The position numbers and the translations under genes are program-made. Under the pieces are notes generated by a model, which was not told where the DNA came from, did not search any database, and saw nothing but the letters and a program-made list of their open reading frames with translations. This document shows positions 21,956 to 33,593 of a stretch of 47,854 nt of DNA, piece after piece. This stretch comes from Nemertoderma westbladi (taxonomy: Eukaryota > Animalia > Xenacoelomorpha): contig JAUCBJ010006125.1 in assembly GCA_032718475.1 (NCBI GenBank), positions 1 to 47,854 on the forward strand, read 5' to 3'. Every line of letters starts with the position of its first letter. Position 1 is the first letter of the stretch.

Positions 21956-24133
21956 ATGTTTTGTTATTTATCATTGCTAATTATTTCATTACTATTGTCA
22001 CTCACGAAAGTGGCTGGGCAAGATGATTATCTCATTGGATCAAGAGATATAGCCCTCTATCAGAAAATGCTATTCGATATTCTGGTTAATGGTACAAGTC
22101 TTGAAGCGTTGCTTAGTAACCCAGAATTAAATGAAAATTGTGTCAACGACACAGCGAGACTTTACACAGATATTGTTGAGCGAAAACCATATGCGTTGAG
22201 GTTCTTCGATGCGTTAGCAAAACCCGGGTCGGGGATAATCAATGGAAACTTTCTATGGATGGGGAGTTGGAAAGAATGTAGAGAGTCTGAAGCACCTTAT
22301 GATGAAAACGTTCCATTCGGGAACCATTTCAAAGGGAGATACTGCATGGTGCCAATAACTGGGTTGACTAAGACTGCAATATTGCCGTTAAGAGTTGGTC
22401 TATGTGTACCTGATTCCTGTGATGAAGTTGATGTGAAAATATTACTAGAGTTCGGGAAAAAAGGAGAACTAATACCAGGAACTAGCATTACTACCCTGAA
22501 TGTTACGTGTCCTGTCGATGATCTCACATGGAAGCCCATGGAAATTACAGCACTTGTAATCGCTTCTATCATTGGCTTGGTAGTTGCTGTGGCGACTGGT
22601 ATAGAAGTTTTGGAAAAACGAGACAATGAAGATGCAGGGCAATCAGTAGTAGACAAGAGATTACGCGGACCAGTTGATGATAGTTTCAATACCATGCCAC
22701 CATCTCGGTTTATAAGGACCATCACCCCTGGGGACGATGTAAGTGATCATAGGTCTGTGAATAAAGAACCAAATGAAGAAGAATACCATCCCGGATCTAT
22801 AGATGAATCTAAAAGCAACCCTCTTATAAAGAATAACCCATCAACAACAACAAGCAAATGCAAACAAATCATACTTTCATTCTCATTGTATAACAATGGT
22901 AAAAAGGTTCTAGCTGCTACGCATACCAAAGGTACCATAAAATCTCTCCATGGCATTCGAGTGCTCAGCATGTGGTGGGTAATTCTTGGGCATACGTTGC
23001 TCTTCCAGGTGGGTGTTGTTGACAACATTGTTGATGGTATCTTAGATATTCAAGGATTCTGGTTTCAAATCATTACAGAAGCCACGGTTTCTGTAGACAC
23101 ATTCTTTGTGCTTAGTGGTCTTCTCGTATGCTACCTTAGCGTCAAACATCTTGAAAAAGACGGAAATTTAAACATTCCGAAATTCTACTTCCACAGATAT
23201 TGGCGACTCACCGCTCCTTACATAATCATAATTATATTCCACATGGGGTTAGAGTTCCACATGGGAAGTGGTCCCGTATTCCCTCAGATCGGAGGTGATC
23301 CAGCATTCTGCAAGAAAAATTGGTGGGTTAACATATTATACATCAACAATTTATACGACACGAGTGAAGTTTGTATGGGATGGACGTGGTACCTTGCTAA
23401 CGACATGCAATTCTTTCTTTTGGCTCCAATTGCGATATTCCTATTCCATAAACGACCAATCTTGGGGTATGCATTCAGTGGTTTTCTCATAGCTCTTAGT
23501 ATCATAGTCACATGTATAATTACATCGGTGGATGGAATGGGCGCTCGGTTAATGGATCAACTTCTTTACCCCCAAGAGAACCAATTTAATGTGATTTACA
23601 TTAAACCATACTGCCGGGTCGGATCTTACGCTGTTGGGATGATCATTGGTTACATTCTACTGAAACACAGAAATGCCCGACTCTCGAGAGCAGCTGTCAT
23701 CATCGGATGGCTATTGGCCGCAGCTGTTGCCCTTTCTGTAATTTTCGGTCTATATAGATCGGGAGAAAATCAGACAATCTCACAAGGTCTGTCGTCGTTC
23801 TACTTGGGGGCCTCAAGACCAGCATGGTCAATGGCTGTTGCCTGGGTGATATATGCTTGCGAAACTGGTAATGGTGGATTTGTTACAAATATTCTTTCTT
23901 GGGAGTTCTGGCTGCCTCTTTCTCGCCTTACCTACATGGCTTATCTTATACACATAACGTTGATGGAACTTGTGTTCAACTCCTCTAGAACCAGTATTCA
24001 CTTCACTAACCTCACTTACACTTATAACTTCATCGGGAACCTTGTACTCGCATATCTGGTTGCATTTATTCTTACACTTTGTCTCGAGTCGCCACTGATT
24101 GGGCTGGAAAAGATACTTCTTCCACGAAAATGA
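21956..24133 (+). CDS. NRF-6 / O-acyltransferase-like membrane protein, copy 3; single coding exon
   Basis: 725-aa intact ORF colinear with copy 2 and carrying the same motifs. Confidence 0.93.
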   Translation: MFCYLSLLIISLLLSLTKVAGQDDYLIGSRDIALYQKMLFDILVNGTSLEALLSNPELNENCVNDTARLYTDIVERKPYALRFFDALAKPGSGIINGNFLWMGSWKECRESEAPYDENVPFGNHFKGRYCMVPITGLTKTAILPLRVGLCVPDSCDEVDVKILLEFGKKGELIPGTSITTLNVTCPVDDLTWKPMEITALVIASIIGLVVAVATGIEVLEKRDNEDAGQSVVDKRLRGPVDDSFNTMPPSRFIRTITPGDDVSDHRSVNKEPNEEEYHPGSIDESKSNPLIKNNPSTTTSKCKQIILSFSLYNNGKKVLAATHTKGTIKSLHGIRVLSMWWVILGHTLLFQVGVVDNIVDGILDIQGFWFQIITEATVSVDTFFVLSGLLVCYLSVKHLEKDGNLNIPKFYFHRYWRLTAPYIIIIIFHMGLEFHMGSGPVFPQIGGDPAFCKKNWWVNILYINNLYDTSEVCMGWTWYLANDMQFFLLAPIAIFLFHKRPILGYAFSGFLIALSIIVTCIITSVDGMGARLMDQLLYPQENQFNVIYIKPYCRVGSYAVGMIIGYILLKHRNARLSRAAVIIGWLLAAAVALSVIFGLYRSGENQTISQGLSSFYLGASRPAWSMAVAWVIYACETGNGGFVTNILSWEFWLPLSRLTYMAYLIHITLMELVFNSSRTSIHFTNLTYTYNFIGNLVLAYLVAFILTLCLESPLIGLEKILLPRK

Positions 24134-24689
24134 AGCAAAATAAATGATTTTCTTCTGGATCGACTGAAATAAAAACTGTAAAAATCCACATAATTGCAGT
24201 AAAGTTATAATTATAATATAGTTGGTTAATATAACCAGTACTCTTGCGTTTTATCATGTTCATTGCCCCATATGGTGTAAATGGAAAGTAGAGTGGAAAC
24301 AATTAACTCACTTTACCATGCATTTACCTCTAGAACTTACATTTGATTATAAATATCATTAGTAATAATTACATTGTGAATTATTGTAACCATAATAAAT
24401 ATAGGCTCATGTAATCATTTATAAATCAGTGTGGAATTATGATTAGGCTGAATAAACAAACGCTCCCTACAATCCTTGGTTCATTTTGTTCATATGTAGA
24501 TCTAAGTTAATGGGGGGCTTTACCAGTTTTTGTAGGATTAAAAGAGTTTTGTTTGTATATATGCATTGAAATTATGCATATATATGTATTACTAAGTTCT
24601 TCAGTTTCCGTCAGGTCAGGTATTCTAGGTCATTGATCAAGAAAACTTGCCACCTCCATGTAGCATAAAGGAGGTGCCACCTGTGGCTG

Positions 24690-25815
24690 CATAGACCCCT
24701 TTTACTAAGGGCAAATATATTGAGAGACTCAGAATGGATTTCGTAAAGGTCATTAGACCATCATGACCATGGAGTCCATTTTGCCACTTAGAAAGGATAA
24801 TCGAAGAGTTTTCAAGAAAGAAAGACATACATCTGGCTGTAATCTTTGTTGACTTCTTCAAGGCAGGGATCGTACGGTAGTTAATTTTTGCGGTAGCGGT
24901 AGCGATATTTCAAATAATTTGACTATTATTATTGCTGCTGTTTGAGCCTGTTATGACATGATTGATATGAACATCAACTTAACTTAGGAACACAGTTTAC
25001 AGAAAAAGTTTTATTTCTTAGGTACTTATTTTTCAATTCTTCAATTTAACACAAATTCCATGGGCAGGCAGAAACAGCACCCCAATTGGAAATTCGTCTA
25101 CTGCAAATAGTAAAAACTAATTACCAACAACCGCAAATACCGCAGTAGTTGGCATTTGCGGTAGCGGTAGAGGTAGTACCGTACGACCCCTTCAAGGCCT
25201 TTGATTCAGTCTCTCGCTCACATATCTTCAGCATACTTTCATTATATGGGATTCCTTAAGTCCGATTATATAGAGCAGCGCTAGTTTCAGTACTCCTGTA
25301 TGGGAGTCCATGCTGGGCTCTAACTGCTGAGGAGACCAAATATCTGGATGGAACATTCACAAGAATGCTGCACCATGTTCACTGTGTTAAGTACAATGCA
25401 CACATCTCCAACCAGACACTATAACATTGGAGGTGTCTCGTTGGTTCCCCCAAGCTTGGCTCTAGAACAAAGCCGCCTCCGCTTTGCAGGATATTGTTTT
25501 CGACGTGAGGACCAGCCTGTGTACAAGTTGTGCGTTGGCAGCGCCATGGAGAAAATAAGCATGGTGGGCAGCAGATGACTTTTGTGAGACGCCTGAGACT
25601 ACTTGCCTTGAAGATGCGGATAGTCTCGCGAAAGTCTTCAGGGATAGGGTGTTGTGGGGGTGCAACTTTGTCGATAAGCCGGCATAGCATTCTTAAAGCA
25701 TGCTGCATTGGACTTGCAATTGTGGATTGCATGGTTGTGACACAATGTTTTTGTTGCCGGCATAGCATCTCCATGTGCAGTTTCAATGCAGCAGGCCGAT
25801 TAGAGAGAGAGAGTA
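24690..25815 (+). mobile_element. Decayed RTE-like non-LTR retrotransposon
   Basis: TQNGFRKG; AVIFVDFFKA|FDSVSRSHIFSILSLYGIP (split by a MITE); RLYRAALVSVLLYGSPCWALT...LDGTFTRML; RLRFAGYCFRREDQPV; ends in a short (AG)n tract. Confidence 0.78.
24864..25189. mobile_element. hAT-like MITE (326 bp) nested in the RTE remnant
   Basis: 8-bp TSD CTTCAAGG at 24856-24863 and 25190-25197; TIRs CAGGGATCGTACGGTA / TACCGTACGACCC (right end lacks ~3 nt); subterminal GCGGTA repeats; excision rejoins the RT motif DFFKAFDSV. Confidence 0.82.
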
Positions 25816-26021
25816 GTTCTTATAATTTTTCATGGCAAAAATTGAAATTTGAATTTCCCGCCAATTTATACAAATATTCTGAAAAAATGTACCATTTTTC
25901 TAAATGTATCTACTCCGTCATTTTTCAATCAATTTTGACATATTCACCAATAAAACTTGTAAACTTGTAAGCTTTGTAAGTTTTCAAATTTTGATCAGAA
26001 GTGTAATGTTAATTAAAAAAT

Positions 26022-28047
26022 AAAATGTATTAATGCTATTAAGGCTCTTTATAGAGTTACTAAGTTACAGTTAAATAAAACCGAAATCGATTTTAATACA
26101 GGAGTCCGCCAAGGGGCACCGAGTAGTTTATTTTTGTTTACATTATATATAGATGCTATGGTTGCTATGTTTGACGCTTTTACCAGTAGTAACGAATACT
26201 TAGGAGCATTGAATCTACTTCTATTCATGGACGACACTGCTATTTTAGCAGAAAGTAGGAGTCAATGTTTAGAAAAATTAGAGGTTTTAATTAATTTTTG
26301 CACATCTCATAGTATGAGTATCAATGAACTGAAAACTAAATTTATGGTAATTAATGGTACTCGAGATGATAGGGCTAATCTTGTAATAAGTAAAGGTGAT
26401 AGCTATATTACAGTAAAAAATACAGATGCTTATGTTTACTTAGGAGCGCATTTTACCCAAGACGGAAAACTTAAATCTGCAATTAAATTACATGCGAAGG
26501 AAGTGGAAAAACATGTTAGGAAGTTTGGGATATTTTGCGCCTCTAACACTAATATGCCGTTTATATTAAAAAGATCCGTTTTCAATAGTGCAGTATTAGC
26601 AGCAGTTTTATATTCTTGTGATACTTGGCTGTCTGAAGTAGGTAGTAATGAGATTAGGTCACTTTATATCAGATTAGTAAAATTACTACTTAATGTAAGA
26701 ATTACAACGCCCAATAAGTTATGTTTGGTTGAATTAGGTATTCCAGAAGTAGACTCTATGATTTATTCAATTACACAGAAATCTTTAATTCGATTAATGA
26801 AAAACTGGAATCCTGAAGATCCCGTATATAAGGCTTATGAGATCTGTAAGAAATCAAACTGTGAGCGTATTCAATTCCGCCACATCTAAGCCCCATAAAG
26901 TGAGGTTTAAGCAATATTGGGAACACGAGGTTGATTACCAATATCAACCTCGTGTCACCCCAACAAAGTGGGAAGGAGAAACATACGCACAATAGGGGTC
27001 AGGGGTTACACCCCTGAAAGAGAGAGAATAGCAGGGGCAAAGGGAAGCACTTCAGGGGAGGCAAAGGGCGACAACAGGGTTATTAGCCAATGGGGGGAAG
27101 GCACCGGCTGAGTAGTGATTATGCGGCCAACCGTGCAATATATACTACCAGTTGTGTATCATTCATTCAGTTATCTCAGTGCAGTCACAGCAGTACGGTG
27201 ACAATTAAGACCGTCGCCGCCGTCACCCATATTACCGGTCTATTAACGTGTATTACCGCTATCTGCTATTGTACCTACATTTGTACATTGTACCACATAT
27301 ATATCTTATATCATTAACAACAACACTAGAACAACACAAACTCTTTTCCAACCACATGGTGCGGCCTGACGCGTACATAAACGACACCGGATAAACCGGG
27401 ATCCTCTCGGATCCCGTCACACAAACTCTCCCGGATACAGATATATAAGCAAGCTTTTGAAGAACGAATCTAATATTTTAAAGACAGATAAACTTAAATT
27501 ACAAGCTAAAATTATGAATAAAGCGATAAATCAAAGTAAATTTAAAATCTATACGGAAGTAAATCCTACTCTAGAATGCCATAAAGTATATTCAGAAAAG
27601 ATTTTTATTCCAGATTCAAAAAGGGTTGACTTTAGTCGTTTTAGACTGAGTTCAAATCGTCTACGCATTGAAATGGGTAGGTGGTCTAGAACTCCCAGAT
27701 GTGACAGAGTTTGCAGTTGTGACTCAGTATCAGTGCAGTCAGAACACCACGCCATTTTTGATTGTCCTTTTACCAAGGAAATAAGAACTAAATACAATAT
27801 AGTAACAATTAATAATTTAAAAGAATTAATGGATTTGTACGATAGCTCCACAATCTGTAAAATAATAAATGAAGTTATTAACTCGTTTTAGGTCAAAATT
27901 AATTAAAAATTAATTAATATTTTTCTTGGACTAATATCTTTGCCGCATTTTATTAATATGTACTCGATTTATTTGGTGAAATTATGTAAATATTTTTGTG
28001 CGTTTAGTATTTAGATATTATGTCAATAAACTTATATATATATATAT
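26022..28047 (+). mobile_element. 5'-truncated LINE (RT plus C-terminal CCHC domain; RTEX/Proto2-like), interrupted by a solo LTR
   Basis: GVRQGAPSS, LLFMDDT and YVYLG RT motifs; RLRIEMGRW...CSC...QSEHHAIFDC; 3' UTR with AATAAA (~28025) then a (TA)n tail. ORFs 26134.. and 27457.. join in frame (KKSN|SPGYRY) when 26860-27426 is removed. Clade name is tentative. Confidence 0.88.
26860..27421. mobile_element. Solo LTR (562 bp)
   Basis: TGTGAGCG...CGTCACA termini; 5-bp TSD CAAAC at 26855-26859 and 27422-27426; removal restores the LINE reading frame. Confidence 0.88.
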
Positions 28048-28974
28048 TTAATTTTGTGCCGATATTTTTTCAAACAATCGGCTCAAAACAAAACTTCACT
28101 CAAAATTTCAAAATTCTGTCTGCAAGTTTTATTGGTTAATATCCATAGTTGGTTAATAGACCATATTCACTGAATATTTCAAACGAATTGATTTGAAAAT
28201 TACGGAGTCGATAGGTTTATAAGAAATAACAAAAAACGGGGAATAATACTCTGAGTCTTAATATTAAGGCAATAATAAAGATTCTAAAAAACAGCCGACG
28301 TTTCGATTTATTAAACAATAATCATTAAACACCCCCCCCCCCCCCCCCCCCACCCCTGTACTGCCTTATTCGTATTTCCACTAATGCAACTGAAACTAAA
28401 ATTTTAAAAATTAAAACTCTAATTCTAAATATAAAATATTTTAGTTAGTTATTATAACCAGTTTTTTTAATGAAATGTCGATTACTCGACCAATTTCGCA
28501 TATGTGATGAAACTTTTGGTTATGTTATTGCCCCAACATGTGCTACATAAGGTGTTAAAATTTAATGTTAATATCTTTTATAGTTTTCGATATATGTGTG
28601 TGTACCTTTGTAAAGGCGAATGCGAATAGATGCGATGATCCGAAATCGATCCGAAATCGCTCCAAAAGTCGCGCGTGCGCTGATTAATGCTTATAAGTCT
28701 TGATTGGATTTGATTCAGGTCATTTTCTAATTATTTTTGGAATCTACATTAAATTCTGTTCTAGGTGGGTACATTTTGAAAATAAAATAAGAAATAAAAA
28801 ATTTATCAAAATTTGGACAAAATTTAAAAAATAAAATAACCTGGAAAGATTTCACAGAAAAATGGACATAACTTTTGATTCGGGTCATCAGACCTTGATT
28901 TTTGGCCCTAATTAATATGTATGTATTCATGTTCACGACTTCTTCTATACGGTGTCGTGGATAGGGAGTTCACG

Positions 28975-29367
28975 TTCGGTGGAAGATCTCCGGAGTTCGG
29001 TGAAAGATCTCCGGTGTTCGGTGGAAGATCTCCGGAGTTCGGTGAAAGATCTCCGGTGTGTGGTGGAAGATCTCCGGTATTCGGTGGAAGATCTCCGGAG
29101 TTCGGTGGAAGATCTCCGGAGTTCGGTGGAAGATCTCCGGTGTGTGGTGGAAGATCTCCGGTATTCGGTGGAAGATCTCCGGAGTTCGGTGAAAGATCTC
29201 CGGTGTGTGGTGGAAGATCTCCGGAGTTCGGTGGAAGATCTCCGGAGTTCGGTGGAAGATCTCCGGAGTTCGGTGGAAGATCTCCGGTATTCGGTGGAAG
29301 ATCTCCGGAGTTCGGTGGAAGATCTCCGGAGTTCGGTGGAAGATCTCCGGTATTCGGTGGAAGATCT
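28975..29367. repeat. 21-bp GC-rich minisatellite, ~19 copies
   Basis: Unit TTCGGTGGAAGATCTCCGGAG with variants GTATTC/GTGTGT and GAAA; each unit contains the palindrome AGATCT. Confidence 0.96.
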
Positions 29368-32300
29368 TCGCACCCGCAAGGGAAAGCGAGGTATGTCATC
29401 AGGTGTTAATTAAAACCATACAGACCCCAATACATACAGCAATAAATTTTTTTCTCATGGTAACGCATTAAGACCAAAATGGTTACCAATATTAGTATTC
29501 ACGGCCGAACAACTAGACAGCAATTCCATTACAGATTACCATCACTACTTACCAATTATTCTCGCACACACTTAGTTTATTATCAGAGGTCTTAATTTAT
29601 GGACTGAACTAGCGTAGGAAGATATTATTATATTGTGCATCATTATAATATGTTGATGATGAATAATGTATCTAAAACAGGACCGGGCCCCATTCCCAGC
29701 ACTACTACTACTACTACTACTACTGTCCAGGAACTGGAAATCAGCCCAGTCAATATTTTACACACTCGCTTTGTCCGTTCGAGTAAATATTCGCACAAGT
29801 GACCGGCGTAGGATAAAATCCTATTTATAAACAATAATAATCAGTTCAGTTATTATTACAAATTTAATTACATTGCATTAGTTTAATGGCAGTGAGTTGG
29901 TATTTTGGCACATTACCACACTGTAGTACATATACTGAGTACAGTACATACGTATATATATACGATGTATACGTATATACGTATAAATAGTGCGTGTATA
30001 TACATAGTACATACACAGTACATATACTGATAATTCCAGGTCGACGAATATGGGATGAATTAAAGGTCTATATTCTTTGTGTTTCATCCATTTTGGCCCA
30101 ATAAATTAGTTTTACGGACCGCTAGACAGGAGAAAGTCGAAGTTTTTTACTAAAAGTTCAAGGGAAATTGTAATACTAGACGGTTTATATCATTAGCTGA
30201 CAGCTGATGTGTGATAGGAGGACCTTGAAAACATTACGAATAAATAAATGATAATTTATCATAAGTTATATTGAATTCAAATCATTATTTATAACAAAAT
30301 TTACATTTAAAATAAGAAATTATTAAATGATTAAATAAAATTAGACTATAGTAACTATTATTATATATAATATATATACCATTATATGCAATGTATCTTG
30401 GAATTTTGAATATAACCCCTATAATGCCATAAAAACCTTGTTTTTTCCGAGAAATTATTGTATTGAATTAGTATGTCAATATATATATACTTTAGCAGAA
30501 AAAATCCGGGCTGATTAAAAATAATACGAATGTTGTTATTAAAAATAAATCATCACAGTGGGGGTGGGTTGCTGGCGTTGACTGGAATAGACAGAAAGAC
30601 AGACGAAGTCAGTTTTGATGTTTGGTGGAATCAAGTCCATCTACCTGTCTCTTTGCTCTTTGTGGGTCTGTTGGTCGGTCTGCCCGCCAAAACAGGTCTG
30701 CCCGCCTGTTTGGTAGTTTTCGTGGTCGGTGATTTCATTTCCGATGCCAGTTTTCATGTTTTGTGAAATGTGGTTTTAGAAAAGTGGTAACTGTTTTATT
30801 ACCCCCAACGCGATATTTCAGCAAGATTGTGTACCATTATTAATGGACATTCTTACATATTGACACAACTGAATCTAGATAATTTTGAGCGGAAAGGCTT
30901 AAAAAAAACTTTAGATAAGTATTATCTCAAAACTAAAATCGGAGATATGACAAATGAAACTACGCCTTAATCAAATTTTATAAATTTTTACGCCATTCGA
31001 ATCAGAAGTTTCACACACATTTTTCACATAATTTTGTCACCATTTTGAATTAAAATTGATGAAAATTCGTTAACATTTTATCATCATTTATATTCATGGC
31101 CAGTAATATAGTGTCATTTTCTGATAACACGGAACAATTATTTTTTTCTACAAATTTTTATCATATTGCTTGACATTTGAAACTCAACTAATTCAACTCG
31201 CCGTCGAGGTTAAGACTGAGCTATAATTTTTTATCATCCCTTTCTAAACACCTTTCGTATCGCGGCCAATCTTCACAAAAGTCGGGCATATAGAATAGTA
31301 TGGCGTAGATTAGCTACACACAGGCTTCCACAAAATTTGAAACCTTCCGGAAACCACAATTTTTAATCGAAAAACTTCGGAATTTTTAATTAAAATTAGA
31401 GATTATAGAATTTGTTAGCTATCTACAGTATAAATAAAATTTTCAACATTCTGACATTATTATATTGTTCAAAATATATAATTAAACATTAAGATTGTAA
31501 TTGATTGGAAATAAATGATATTCCGAAGAATGTTTATTTAGCAAAATTATAAAAACAAGATCTACAGAAAATCCTAAGTTTTTTGTGGAAATAAATGATA
31601 TTGACAGGGCCATTAGATATAATGGCTACTTTCAATACGAATTGTATGATAAGATTAACTCTAAAGTTAAGGTAATCGACGGTTAGTAGAACTAGTTGCG
31701 TTGGTCTGCGTCATCAGCAGAAAATGACGCTATATTATATGGGGTTTTTGTGTATTTTAAAAACACGTCCAAAACTTTCGAAATTCTAAAATTTGATAAA
31801 TACAAGGGTGTCTCAAAATAGGGGTAACAAAGTGTTATATCAGGTTTAGGTTCACACACTACCATGTCATATAAGACAAAAATAGATGTAACTAATAATA
31901 ATAGTAATAATTTAAGTATTCTAGAATATTGCATTAATTTATCTGCAATGGGGGTACCCCCTCAGGAGATATTTTTTAACAGCTCTAACTTCGTGTTGTA
32001 GATCAATATCACTGTTATGTTTTAAGATTTGAACTCCTCATTAAATTCTGCGTCAGATGAAATAAAAAACCAAAAATTTGAAAATTTGACACAAGGAGGG
32101 GCTACCCCCCCCCCCCCCCCCCCCCCCCTAAACGCAAATCCACCAAAGTGTACAGTACAGTTAATTTATAATAAATGCACAATTCGCTCATAGATCGAAA
32201 GATAACTTAATGATTATATTCCTTAGTCATCTAACAAAGGCATTTTTAAAAGAAAAATACATCTAAATCGATAATGTAATGAACAATAAGTTACTCCGCA

Positions 32301-32914
32301 GCTTAAAATTATTGTCAATATCGTTATTTTTGTTGGTACCGATGGATATGAGAGGTCCAGAGGTCACGAGCAAAATTATCATAAATATGTCAAAAAGTAT
32401 GTCAAGCAAATCAACCATGGCAACCAATATTAATTAAGTTATAATCTTTAACATAATTTTCATTTGATAACAAAAATAAAAACTAAATAAAAATGGTGTG
32501 GAGAAGTTAAACAACGGCGGGATAATTATTTGCGATAATTTAAGACACCCCCGGCCCCTGAGCGAACACGTGACATATTACTTTTTACAATAAAAATAAA
32601 ACTAAACGAAATATCCGAAAAGATTCCAAATATGTTAAATAATAAATTCTTCCGAATAAATTTGTTCATAAAGAGCTACTGGAGATACCGGCGTTTCAAA
32701 GTTATAACATGTTTCTTCGCCTGAAAGGCGTATTAGGCCGCCCGCAAATAAAAAAACATTGTATCATTCAAAACCATAGCAATAAAGCACCAATATCTCG
32801 CTCCAATACTAACTAACTCACCTAATATGTTCCCGTACTGTAGCAGTACCAATACATCTCACATTATCTCCCTCCATGTGAACCTTAACATGTTCTCTAC
32901 ACTCCGAGGTAAAC

Positions 32915-33527
32915 TCAACCGACTAGACTGAGATACTTAGTCGCCTCAGCTAGATACTTCTTCTGCAACGCAATGACGTCATCCAGACAGACGGAACTTG
33001 CGCAGTCCGGTTCGTCGGCACCCTCTAGCTGCGGTATACCGGGGCGGGGAGGGGGGGCCTGTGGTGACGTCATACCAGGAGGAGGTCTGGGTGTCGGTGA
33101 CGTCGAGGATTCGGAAGCGGAGACCGCGTGGTATTCCGAGCAGTGCCGTACCGGTACCGCCTGGACGACCAACACGGTGACCCCGTCTCTGTAGGTCTCT
33201 CGGGAACCCAACATCCCATTGGTGTAGCCAGCCAGCAACCCGTTAACGCTTCGAATAAACGCCACAACCGAAAGGAACTCACCCAACATCGCCCGGGCGA
33301 TCAGCTCCTTGGCTTCGCGCGACACATTGCGCGGCATGTACCGCACGAGTCGCGCGATTCTCTCGGCCTCGGTCTCCCCTACAGAGTCGTGGACAATCTC
33401 CCCGTAACTCGGAGGGAAACACTTGTATCCCCACGGCGACATTAACGCGAGGAATGTGGTAGCAGCACCGTGGATGTCGTCCTGCACAGAGCCCGGTAAT
33501 CCCTCGCACAGCGAGTAGTTCTGGTAC
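32915..33527 (-). CDS. Last exon of a divergent protein kinase (subdomains VIII onward plus Pro/Ser-rich tail)
   Basis: Acceptor TATTACTTTCCAG|G at 33528/33527; phase matches the donor at 38494; reads YQNYSLCEGLPGSVQDDIHGAATTF, which aligns without gaps to the CK1 segment [20 protein letters not shown]; GC-rich. Confidence 0.72.
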
Positions 33528-33593
33528 CTGGAAAGTAATACTATAGGGTTGGGAAAGTACTCCGAGAATGGTAATGGGTCGAAGGTTTAGGTT

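Noticed and set aside
19362-23511. Paired minus-strand ORFs repeated in each acyltransferase copy
   Set aside because: Antisense shadows duplicated along with the real genes.
28908-29471. Repetitive ORFs (GDLPPNS, RRSSTEL, WKISGVR)
   Set aside because: Most frames are open simply because the 21-bp repeat lacks stops; there is no coding context outside the array.
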